Under the pieces are notes generated by a model, which had not been told where the DNA came from, made no database searches, and saw only the letters and a program-made list of their open reading frames with translations. A stretch of 63,176 nt of DNA, the filler included, from Choristocarpus tenellus KU-1152 (Eukaryota; Protista; Phaeophyceae), in the NCBI GenBank assembly GCA_964200185.2. It is 6 parts of 6 records of this genome, joined end to end, with 100 filler letters (N's around TTAATTAATTAA, not from the genome) between each part and the next. Parts side by side here need not be neighbours in the genome. Positions count along the whole stretch, not along the records: positions 1 to 21,467 come from CAXNAD020000340.1; 5 more parts are not named here. One strand, 5' to 3'. Positions within the stretch are counted from its first letter, which is position 1, and each line of letters starts with the position of its first letter. Positions 1 through 12,100 of this stretch are shown here, one piece after another. A program made the position numbers and the translations under genes.

Positions 1-1830
1 GTTGACATTCCGAATTACTCCTGGGTACCACTTCTTCCCACCCTTGTATCTGGCCTCCACTTCATCCCCAACAACATGCTTCTTATCCAGGGTATCTGTA
101 GAGCTTGAACCTGACACCACCTTACGTTCAGGACTCTTACTGCCATCTCTTTCTCCTTTCACACTGCGAATGAGATCCTTCTCTACTGTCCTCTCCTCAT
201 CCCCATCTGCATAGTGAAGGTAGTATGTGCCATCACGGTTCTTATGCTGGACAGTTGCCTTGAACCAGCGTGAGCGTCCCCCAAAGCGTGCCTCTACCTT
301 CTCTCCCTCTCTGTAGTCTCCCCCACCATCAGATGTGAGGGAATCCATGCTAGCACCACCCTTGTTCCGAACCAAGCTCGACTCAACATCCCTTTCAGTG
401 TCTCCATCAGAGTAGCGGATGTCATAGGTCCCGCCCCTGTTGACATTCCGAATTACTCCTGGGTACCACTTCTTCCCACCCTTGTATCTGGCCTCCACTT
501 CATCCCCAACAACATGCTTCTTATCCAGGGTATCTGTAGAGCTTGAACCTGACACCACCTTACGTCCAGGACTCTTACTGCCATCTCTTTCTCCTTTCAC
601 ACTGCGAATGAGATCCTTCTCTACCGCCCTCTCCTCATCCCCATCTGCATAGCGAAGGTAGTATGTTCCATCTCGATTCTTCCGTTGGACCGTTGCCTTG
701 AACCAGCGTGAGCGTCCCCCAAAGCGTGCCTCCACTTTATCTCCCTCATTGTAGCCGCTGCCACCATCAGATGTGAGGGAATCCACACTGGCTCCACCTT
801 TGGTTCGCACCAGATCACCCCTTACACTTTGTTCAGTGTCTCCATCAGAGTAGCGGATGTCATAGGTTCCATCCCTGTTAGATCTCCGAATTACTCCTGG
901 GTACCACTTCTTCTCACCCTTGTATCTGGCCTCCACATTATCACCAATACTATACTTCTTGTCGTGGTTACCTGTGTCAGAATCTGTCCCTGACACGACC
1001 CTACGTCCAGGACTCTTGCTACCATCTCTCTCTCCTTTCATGCCACGAATGAGATCTTGCTCTACTGCTCTCTCCTCATCACCATCTGCATAGCGAAGGT
1101 AATATGTTCCATCACGGTTCTTGCGCTGAACTGTTGCCTTGAACCAGCGTGAGCGACCCCCAAAGCGCGCCTCCACTTTATCTCCCTCTCTATACTCCAC
1201 CCCTCCGTCAGAGGAAAGGGAGTCCATGCTGATCCCACCCCTACTCCGAACCAAGCTCGACTCAACATCACTTTCAGTGTCTCCATCGGTATAGTGAATG
1301 TCATAGGTTCCATTCTTGTTGACACTCTGAATGACTCCTGGGTGCCACTTTAGTCCTCTCTTATATCTTGCCTCCACATTGTCCCCAATGCTGTGTTTCT
1401 TATACTGGGTATCATTGTCAGAATTTGCACCTGAAACTACTCCACGTTTAGGGCTCCTGCTTACAGCTCTCTCTCCTCTAAATTTGCGGATAAGCTCCTT
1501 CTCTACTGCTCTTTCCTCATCACCATCTTCATATCGAAGGTAGTAGGTGCCATCACGGTTCTTGCGTTCTATTGTTGCTTTGAACCAGCGGGAGCGACCC
1601 CCAAAGCGTGCCTCCACTTTGTCTCCCTCAAAATACTCCTCAGACCCCTCAACAGGGTCGTCATAGCTTAGCTTCCGCATAAGATCTTCCTCCACACCAT
1701 TTTCCTCTTCTCCACCCATGTAGCGTATATCATATGTGCCATCTGAGTAGACCCGACAAACAACACCCTTGACCCATTTGGTCTTAGCATGGTATCTCGC
1801 CTCGATCTTCTCTCCCAAGCGAAAGGTATT
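1..1830. repeat. Coding tandem repeat, ~438-bp period (two Tudor-like units per period)
   Basis: 1-214 and 439-652 are nearly identical; more diverged copies continue to ~1830. Confidence 0.9.
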
Positions 1831-3247
1831 GGGTCTTCCACCAGAACGAATTTGGTCTTCATCAGTAGACTTAGTTCTCGACGTTCTGGTCCTAGATGGA
1901 CTCTTGCTCCCTTGCCTGTCTGTTGCCATAATACGGATCATCTCATGTTCAACTCTTTTTTCTTCATCTCCATCCTCATATCTGACATCGTATGTACCAT
2001 CCCGATTCTCTCCTACAACAACCCCTCGGTACCATCGCATCTTTCCCCTATAACGTGCCTCCACCTTGTCCCCAAGGCGAGGGAGACCAATGTTACTACC
2101 ACCTCCTCCGAATTCACCAGGATTCTCAATAACTTCTTGCTCATTGTTGTGGGCTGCTACAGAGCGGATTGCCGATGTATCAAGGGACTTGCCCTCATCC
2201 CCATCATCGAACCGGACATCATAAGTTCCATCTAGGTTAGCCCCAACAATGCGACCCTTGTACCAACTTGTACTCCCACGGTACCGAGCCTCCACTTTCT
2301 GACCCATACGAAATTTCGCCTTTGCAGTCCTGAGAATGTGCACCCAGCGGAGTGAAGGTACTTGCCTGAAATCTGGGTATACATTCATCTTTGGCAAAGC
2401 TGGGTTGAATTACGAAGGATAGATTTGCCTTTTGCGCATCACAGACGATTTATAACTTAAGATACTTGAACTATTGGACAGAAGGGTAGAAAAACATAGT
2501 CCAAAAACGATTGTATCAAAACATGCCGACAATCACTCTTAAACCAATAGCCAGTTACTCAGAGAGGTAAATTGGCCCAATTGCGACCCTCACCTTTCAT
2601 TTTTGGGGGAACCGAGGTCAAAGCTCTCTCGTCGTCCTGTGCCACCCCGCGGTGATGCAGGGTATCCAGACCTTCCTCGAATGGAGGGTTTAGATGCAGC
2701 AGCTATAAGGTCGTCGTCATCAAATGATCCTCGGCCACCAACAGCCGAAGAGCCCCTCCTTTGTCGAATGGATGAATCGTTACCGAAGTAATCGCCTCCT
2801 CTGGTACCACTACCACCATGATTCGACCGTAGCCCTTCTCTAGACATCGAACTTGGACGTCTTACCCCCTTTGTCCCACTTGGCATCGGGTCTGGATCGG
2901 GTGCCTTGGAGTCCGCGCGGCTGTGAGAGAGTCGAGAAGGTCGTTGAGTAAGACACAAGAGATACAACGAGGTTGTGGGAAGTGATCGCAATGTACCCTC
3001 GTAGGAGTCGCCTTACCCAAGCCGAAAGTTGGCAGTGTCGATTTTACACATAATCAAAGTATGAGTATCTGCTCAACAACTCATTCTGTAGTCAGCAGAA
3101 TGCCTACCCTGAGGGAGGTCTTGCTCGCTGTCTTGATTCCGTCCCCTTTACCCCTGTGCCCGAACGCCCAGAGACAAGCCTGGCGGCAATCCTAGGAGGG
3201 GGTCGAGTTCGCCCTTCCTTCATATCAAAGTCCATGACGTCTCCCAT
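1..3247 (-). CDS. Tandem Tudor/Agenet-like repeat protein, 3' end truncated by window edge (exons ~3247-3108, 2920-2594, 2329 or 2365 to <1)
   Basis: ATG at 3247 with phase-compatible GT-AG junctions. The last exon reads open to the window edge and encodes 11 copies of a Tudor-like motif (e.g. FRMGQKVEARYRGSTSWYKGRIVGANLDGTYDVRFDDGDE; GDKVEARFGGRSRWFKATVQRKNRDGTYYLRYADGDEE). It is absent from the ORF track because it has no stop in the window. Confidence 0.85.
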
Positions 3248-3632
3248 AGTTTATGTCTCTTTCCTGCCTCTGCGCTCCTTACCGCAACGAGTTCTTGCTG
3301 GAATGATGATAGAGCGACATGACCGTGAAACCGTGGACCGTTACGTATGTCCTCAGGCGTAATATGGCATGGTATTCAAGACGTACTTACACAATTCCTC
3401 ATGGTAGATTGTGACTCCCCGAGCTACTCGTTTGGGCTCAAGCTCACACATCCTAGTGAGTAATTGACGATCACCTTAACAGTTCTCTCAACCGAGAGTT
3501 TCTTGCGTGAATTCAATGCTAGGTGGATTCGCACAATTTCTTGCCGCCTTCAGAGAATTTGGAACGATATGAGATGGGAGCATTCCTAGCAATGTACCTG
3601 AACTACCGTAACTCGATTTTTCTCTGCACAAA

Positions 3633-6410
3633 ATGTCAGCAACGCTTGTTCCGGGCCCTGGGACCTATGATGTCTGTGAAAATAGTGCGGGGACTCATGG
3701 ATTCATCGTGGGGACTCAATTTTCGCGAACTGGGGCTCGACCAAAGGTCGGCCAAGCCAAGATAAATAGACTGACATTTGATGAAGGTATGAGTGGAGAT
3801 TGCTACCCAGTACTATAGGTAAAGCTTCGAGCGCTGTCGTACACCACAACTTTAAGTACTGGATGATCAGGTTGATGATCGCTTCGAAGTAAAGGATCTT
3901 CGCTTTGGCACGTCCTGGAGAGGAATCTAGTACACATAATCCCAAATGGTGGGGAGCACGTGGGCATGACAAAATTATGCCTTAATCGAGATTTGTGCAT
4001 ATCATATGTTTTTTTGTAGTCTTTGCATTAGAGCTATATGCCCCCAAGTCTTTCACATTCACATTCCCGACAAGGCAGAGAAGGAGCATTGCAGGGGGGA
4101 CAGGCCTGGTCCTGGTACCTACGAGGTCCTCGACTTGCTCGCGCCTGGAACACCACGGTGGAATGTCTTTCCACCAGGTGACTATTGCTCGTGGTATGGT
4201 GCTCATGTCAACCATTGGCGATTGGCAATGGCCCAGTAATCTTGAAATATGACTTAAAAGTAGGATACCATCCTCTATATGCTCTTGAAGGTGGCAGCAA
4301 TATCATGCCCGTAATCACTACCTGGCAAAGGCACTGAAGAGTCAAAGTATCTTAGAGGGTAGAGCCACGTCCATTTGGGGGTCAAAATCCAAAGTTACAA
4401 TTTGATCTAATTTTGGCTATCATATTTGTTAGGAGACGACAATATCCTTGTTCTGGACACTCCTTTTCATAACGTATGCATTTTACCTACTCCAAAGCAT
4501 TTTGGAGTAGGTAAAATATCATTAAGAACCCGTGGGAAACCGAGCCCCAAATGGACAAACAAGGAAAAACTTGTACCCTCTAAAATACTTTCACTCTGAA
4601 CTATGACTTGATTATTGCTGAGTGTCCAGTTGGGCAGGAGGGTGCCCCAAGGTTTCCAGCACTGGAACAGGCCGGCATGCCAGGTCCAGGAGACTACATC
4701 TCAGCCACTTTTGCCAGCAAAGGACCTGTAGCCCTACTGACTGGACGCCCAGCCGAACCTCCCAATACAATTAATTCCCCAGGGCCTGGCGACTATACGA
4801 GTATGTCACTCTCTCAACAGGTGGATGAAGTGGTGCCTGGGGGATTTGGTTGTATGACATCCCCTCGGTTTCCAGCAGGAGATCTCGGTAAGGGATAAGA
4901 ACACAAACCCTTAGAGAAATGAAGGCTTCTTTTTATCATAGCACTCATCTCAATCACACTAGTGAAGGGCTTGTGAAAATCCTGAGATCAGCTCCTGGAA
5001 TCTTTTCAGCTTCGATTTTTCTACCTGCAACGCCAACTATCTGTCCCCTCTCTTCCTCTACCTATCTCCTGTTTCTGCTGGAATGCTTTGTTCATCCATG
5101 TCATATCAGTCTCAGCCACCCCAGGCCCAGCCTCATATCAGTCCCCAAGATTTGAGCCTAGTGGCAAAAACTTCACCTTTCGTCATCTGACTACATCGCC
5201 AGGACTAGCTTCTAGGGTTAGGGACATAACAAGGTTCTCATGGGAGGACGACGACAGGATGAAAGAATTGTATCATGGTGGTAGTAGCTCACATCATAGG
5301 GGTTGTAAACCACATTTACCAAGGCAGCAACGCCATCAGCGCCATGCAACCTCAGCACCTCCTTCCCTCCGACTACTCAGGGCCTGTGCCCGTGGCTGTG
5401 GCAAGGGTTGGCAGCACCAACTCCACCTAGCCAGATCCTTGGTAGAGGCAGCTTCCACTGGAATGCAAAGGAAGTCTCGACATCCCTCGATAAAAGCAAC
5501 AGCAGCCTTTGGGACTGCCCATCGTATACCTACGGAGGTCCAGCGAGCTCCTGGCCCCGGGTCATACCAACCACCTACGTTGGATGAGGCAATTCGGACC
5601 AACAGAGTTGTGGGTATTGGTGGAATAGGAAGGCGGGATCTGTTTCCCACCAGCCCTTCCACCCCTGGTCCTGGGTTCTACACTGTAGACATGACAGGAA
5701 AGTGGACAGAGTGTAGTAGGAGAATTGAAATTACACCAAGAGTAGAAGAGAGGTCGTCAACAAGACCTAGTTATAATGCAAATAGAACTATGGGCAACAG
5801 AGAAGGAGGAAAGGGCAGAGTAGGTAGGTTGGTGGATGTAACACCTGTGAGAGGTAACAGAGGAACCTTTGGCATGGCAAAACGGTTTTCTCCTTGTAAC
5901 CGCCATCCTGGCCCTGGTGAGTACAATGTTGAGCTTGCCTCAACAGCAACAAAGCCAAGTGTGGCCCGCCCATTGTCCTTCACTGGGCGACCTCGAGTTG
6001 CCTATGACCCCAGACTAAACCATTTTTTTTCATCCATTTACATGAATCGAGCTGCAGCAGCCCCCAGTGCCCACACCTATAAACCTGGGGTGGAAAGCAG
6101 CTGTCATGCACCTCCCTCATGGTCCTTCACAAGTAAGATCCACATTCCCTCAGCCCCCGTGGGTCCAGGACCTGGGCAGTACATCTCACCCCATTATACA
6201 AGGAAGGGGCCTGTGCACAGCTTCAGGGGAGGGCGGAGGGTGACCCCTTCAGCTGTATCACATATTCTGTGGGATATACCAGGGGAGCCTGGGGCAGGGG
6301 AGGGAGGAGGAGGGGCACTGGACCGTTTCTACAACCCTCTCAGGACAAGCCGGGGTGCGCGGATCAACATGACATCAAGATGCATTCCAAGGTGTGGGAG
6401 GCGGAGATAA
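3633..6410 (+). CDS. SHIPPO / sperm-tail PG-rich repeat protein (ODF3/STPG-like, flagellar), about 4 exons
   Basis: Repeated PGPGxY motifs in successive exons (VPGPGTYD, RPGPGTYE, MPGPGDY, SPGPGDY, TPGPASY, APGPGSY, TPGPGFY, HPGPGEY, GPGPGQY) with interspersed FGxAxR motifs. Stop at 6410. Exon borders are approximate. Confidence 0.8.
4339..4596 (+). mobile_element. MITE family A, full copy (intronic)
   Basis: 258 bp with ~23-bp terminal inverted repeats (GAGTCAAAGTATCTTAGAGGGTA ... TACCCTCTAAAATACTTTCACTC), TGAA on both flanks, and homologous copies elsewhere in the window. Confidence 0.85.
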
Positions 6411-6484
6411 GTTGAGAGAGTGGGTTGTTGGTCATGTACTACACATTGGATCCTATGGTGACCACTATGTTAGTTGGGGGTAAT

Positions 6485-6743
6485 GAGCCAAAATATCTTA
6501 GAGGGTAGAGCCGCGTCTAATTGGGAGCCAAAATCCAATGTTGTAATTTTGGTGTAATTTTGGCTATCGTTCTTGTTAGGAAGTGTCAATATCCTTGTTC
6601 CGTACACACCTTTTCAAAACGTATACATATTACCTCCTCCGAAATATTTTGGAGTAGGAAAATGTCATAAAAAAACCCGTGGGAAGCCAAGCCTCAAATG
6701 GACAAACAGGGTAAAACTTGTACCCTCTAAGATACTTTCACTC
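6485..6743 (+). mobile_element. MITE family A, full copy
   Basis: Collinear with 4339-4596 over the whole length; TIRs GAGCCAAAATATCTTAGAGGGTA / TACCCTCTAAGATACTTTCACTC. Confidence 0.85.
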
Positions 6744-9169
6744 AATATGATTTTTTTGGTGTGGGAGTGAAGTGTACACATGTGTGAGTGTGTTTGTGAA
6801 CATACAGGAAATTATACTGAATAAAATACTCCACGGTTGCGCTGTATCTTAACAAGGTAATGCACATATCTGACAAAGATATAGCTATTGCTGATGCCTT
6901 CGGTCTCTCCTTGAGGTTCCCAAGAATGGAAGAGAGGTGCCGCGCAGTCCAAACAAACGGAGTCATCATGGAAGTGTGGGGCATGTTGTATGTATCAGAA
7001 GAAGAGTGAAGGAGCGGAGACAATGACAGGGGCAAATGCGGGCCATTCCATTCCTAATTTTGTTTTCATCTATAAAGGGGCAAAGAGACAGAGTGCTGTC
7101 ATTCATTTCACACAAATCCTCCAGTGTGAGATGGAAGTGTGGCAGGGCTCTATCAGTACACCACAATTATAAACCAAACTCCTAACACCCAAAGTACAGC
7201 AGTATAACCACTTGCACAAATCTACACAAAAGGTATTTGTGAAAGTGCCTGTATGGTAGAGAACAACACATGCATAATCTGATGGACAGCCTTTTGACAA
7301 TAACGGATGCCTGCTGCTACTACCTCAATCATTGTGCATCTACCGCACTTGTCCAGAGAGGCTAAAGCAAAGAGCATCACATTGCTGTATTGTTTTTCCG
7401 CACCATACACCCAGAAGTCCATCTAACTGCAACTGGTGTGACAGGAGAGGATACAAACATCATCAGGTGGATGTAAACTACCACAACTATCTAGGAACTA
7501 CCATCTATTCTAATACACTCCATTGTCCCCCTCCTGAAGAATCCATAAGAACATAATATGATACTGAGTACATCCACCTGCACATAAACCCACCAGTAGG
7601 GATCATGCAGATTATTATTGTGTACAAAAGCATTGTGCAACCACTTCACCAATACTCCAGGCCTCGGGGGAGTACATACAACATCTGCCAAACTCTTACA
7701 TCTCCAAGTGAGGTATTGTTTAGAAGCAGGGCTTCTCTATCCACCATCACCGACCCACATTCTGGAGCCAATCCTAGTCCTGTATGTGAAGCATGAAAAA
7801 TATCATTCCCTTCCTCCGTATTCTTCGGGGATACGCAACTGGACCTTTCAGTCCGTAGAGAGATGTGCCGAGTCAACAATATCACAGGCAAAAGATGGAG
7901 GTGGTCGTTGTTAGGATGGGGGGGTAACATTCCATGCGCTACCCATCTAACCCTGCACCTGATTATTCGTATCCTGCACAACCACTTTGGATCAAAAACT
8001 AACAAGAGTAAGTAAAACACTGTAGTATGTAATCCTCTTGTGACATATTCTAGGAGCAACATGTCGCAGTGTGTTCAGTGTCCAGTGCATCACAACACAT
8101 GCACAAGTAGTGCTTTTGCTGAAAGAGTAGTCTAAAGTAGAGGATCCATACATGTGTTCAACTCAATGTTTTATTGCTCAAATTTTAGTCAAAAGATCCA
8201 AATCAATTCTCTGAGCAGCAAAATGTACAACTTTTCATCTCAAATTTCAAAGTAGTAAGAGTGAACGCTTGCATTTACAGGAGCAACATTCATCACAGAC
8301 GATTGTTATTCCAATGTGCCTTGAGCGTAGTAATTCCTTTTGAAACTGTCTCAAACTACTTACGCGGGCCCTGGCCATGTCTCTGGACACATCTCTAACA
8401 TGTTGCGGAAAATGTTACCCCTTGCAACTCCATCGAGTACCACAGCATGGCATTGTCCCTAAGATCTCGTCTTGGACCTTTGAGTGGAAAAAACGAAAGG
8501 AAGTCTCTTAAATTTGATGTATGATATGTTTTGGAATAGGGAGACCATTCTCTCAATGATGCTGTCACCCATTAAAAAAAAATGATCCACCAAATGCAAG
8601 TGACAGTCACCGTTTCTCGTAATACCAACAAAATACAGTACACCGCCTTGCCTACATAGACCCTCAGATCATCGATTTGGGTCCATTTCCCCGGCGCCAT
8701 GATCAGTGAAAAAATGTCGGTTGAATGGGTGTGTGGAACCCTCTGACCATCAACCAAGGACAGCAGTGCCCGTTGGACATCTCCTCTGATACATGCATCG
8801 TATACAATACTGAGTAGTGAGAGAGTAAAAACATTACCAACCTACCTTGCTGTGTAATGGTACGGGATCTTCCTTTGTAACAACACAGACTTGCACCTGT
8901 TCCATGTGTAAAACCTCAGGCCCTAGAGAGCAAGCTTGAGAGTCGGAAATTCACAAATAACAAGCATCCATCCAACCTCGAGAACACTTGCAAGAACATT
9001 CACCAGGTCAGAGAGCATCAAGCTTCCCATCAATCCAATTACGTTCCACAGCCTGCCCAAGCATAGAGTCATCCTCCTCCATCACTACTCCATCCACTGA
9101 CTAGTGGCATCCCCGCAGGCTCAGTCACAGGCACCACCAAAATTTCCTCAATAATATACAGTGCATACA

Positions 9170-12100
9170 TTAGTCCTGTGCAATAGACTCAGTAACAATA
9201 TTCAACCGAAGGTCATTTTCCACCCCTGCACGACGCACAATCATACTGATCCCCCTCCCAATCTCCAATCCAATGAGGTCCAGAACCTCCCCTGTGGCCT
9301 TGACTTTCTTCCCATCAAATTCAACCAAAATATCACCAAACACTAGCCCAGCACGGTCAGCAGGTGAGCCTGGTGTAACCGATAGAACCTTCCAAAATTC
9401 AAACACAGGCAGCGATGGAGAGAGAGAGGGGACCCCAAATAGAGATAAGAGGGCATATATGATAGGAGCAGAGGTATGGAGCGATGAGACAGGATCAGAT
9501 GGAAGCAGCTGTACAGGAGAAACTGGTACGAACATAGGGGTCACGCTGACTGCAGCAGAGTTGAGTGACTGTTGCTGGTGTTACCTCTTAACTCCGCCAC
9601 AAACAAGATCCAGGTGCATAATTCTTGCCAACTTAACCTGTACAGAAGGGGAGTGAAATCAACACCTCCAACCTCCCGAAGGTCACTCTAGAACAAGTGC
9701 GGAACCAATGCCACTCTGCACCTCTTACCCCCTGCCCTTCCCCCTATTTTCCTCTTCTAATATGGTACCACAATGGGGGAAAACCCACCATTACACCGTC
9801 ACCACTCTTGGACTGTGAATCACTCTTGGACTGGTCTTGGTGGCGGCCATCAACAGTGACCAACCGCATACCAAGGTGTGGACGATCCACCCGCCCCTGT
9901 GCCCGCAGCTGGGTGATGACCTGGGTGGTGAGACAATTCACATTTGGGAGAGGGTTGGAGCTTCAAAGGAGGTGCAGGGGAACATCATGGATGAATGTGG
10001 CGTGGGGGGAAAGAAGGAGACGTAGGTTGGGTAAGCGCGAGTCAATCTCCCTGCCTGCAACATGCACATACTAGATGAACATGACTCACACCACAATACC
10101 CCACCGTTCTGATTTTGAGAAAGAAAAAGGAAGAGTAATTTGTGCTATGGGCTGTGATTGTTTGGACTACTGTGTTGTGTACTATGCGTGTGAAAGGGAA
10201 GAAAAAAAAAAAAAGACAAGGAAACATTACCCCTCTCAAAATTACACAACAGTGAAAGGGGAGAGCAGGGCATCGAAAAGATGTAGGGTAGAGATATTAG
10301 ATGGGAATGTAGGGTCACTGACACCTGAGAGTAGGAGGAGAGGTCTTCACAGTGTGGAATGGGGCCCACTGTGTTGAGCATGTTTGATATTGACACATGC
10401 TTGCACATTACCACTCAGACTCAAAAACCTTTCCACACCACTATTACAATGGCAATCATCGAAACTGTGAGCTGCCTTGTGTACGGATATTTGAATGGAA
10501 TGCTACAGCTCCAACATGCTCTGTAAGTATATTTTATTTGACACACACTATGATAGGCACATCCATACAAAAACGCCAAAACGCCCTTCGCGCTTCCCCA
10601 ACGATTCTTCTGTTTTTCATTATACCTTCCAGGCGGTGTCTATTGGGATCGCGAAGCTCACGCCTTCCACACCATGCATCTTCAGAGAGTTGATGCCTTT
10701 TTGTGTCACCCAGAATTGGAAAAAGGTACAATAGGTGGGCCAGCAACATCAATACAACGGGAGTAGGGTAACCAAAGGAAAAAAGTCTAGGAGTTCAAGC
10801 ACACATATGCTGCATGGGGGTGGGGGGCACTTGGGGTAAGGACCAAGGTACCAAACAAAGAAACAGGGGTCACGGTAGCTGTGAGAGATACAAATGAGAT
10901 GTGGGAAATACACACTTCTCTTAGACAATTAATGCAATTAATAGGCTTGGTGACTAAAGTGCATGAGTTCGCCAGAGGAGAACCTTAACAATGGGCAGTA
11001 CCGACCATAGGTATCACAACAGCAGGTTCTTGATCAAAGGTTCTTGATCAAAGGTTCTTGATCAAAGGTTCTTGATGAAAGATCAACCTTTCACATAAGA
11101 ATGGCACCCTCTTGACTACCACTCAAAGCTAGTGGTGAGAGTCAGCACATATTGGTGACCCTGCATTGTTATAGCTGACAACAACTGCGCCCAGCTCAAT
11201 GCTCATTGGAACATAATCCTCGTGCAGGTAATAATGGGTGCAGATTGCTGATACCTTCTCAGCTCTCCCTTGTCATCCAAGGTTCTACCACCTTTCTCTT
11301 CTTCGAGCATCAAATTTCAATACCTAAAGACCAGGGATGCCCCTATAAAATGAAGAGCATAATCAATCCTTACCCCACCCCTTCTCACAAACATATACCA
11401 GGAATATCACACCAAGGAGCCTGATACACACATCATATAACCAGTTGTTGACCCTCAAAAACCAAGACTAGAGCAACCCACTTACTAATCCTCTCTCTTC
11501 ATTCTGTGTTCCCTTCACACCTCTCTACCACAATTCAGTATCTCTGATTGGTCAAAAACGGCACCCCATCTCCCCCCCCCAAAAAAAGACCCCCTGTATG
11601 ATTTCAATAGCTGGAACTACACTCCACAAAAAAAAATCGCCCCATGGATTCGATTTGGAATAACTGACAGATATTTCTGTCAAGAGATCTGAAACAACCC
11701 ATAGGATTGCCACTACCCCAGGTGGAAACCCCGTACAAAAACATTAAAAAACAAAAACAAAAAAGAATACTTAGAGTGAAGAGTAAAAAAAAAATTGCAA
11801 TCTGAGAGAAGAAGACCAGTCGCCCCTGACTGAAGCAATGCTTCCCATCCAGCAACAATATAGAGGTAAGCTCTTATAGCACAAAATTAAAATCAGGAAT
11901 GTCCTTTTCTAATTTCTTCATTAATTTCTTGACCAAAACTAGGCAAAAAATACATATTTATCAGACTTTAGGACAAATTATATCAACCCTTCGAATTAAC
12001 AGGTGCTGGACTACAGGCAAAAGCAACCGGTTTCTGTATTTGTGGTCACTTTGGGTACAGAGATAAAAAAACAAATAAATTCAATCAAGGCTACCTACCA

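Noticed and set aside
2-2235. Plus-strand ORFs (2-214, 440-652, 1331-1543, 1789-2235)
   Set aside because: Antisense shadows of the minus-strand Tudor-repeat exon.
6800-8900. Possible highly decayed retroelement between the SHIPPO and HTRA2 genes
   Set aside because: Only faint resemblance (e.g. IVVVVYIH), with no intact diagnostic motif.
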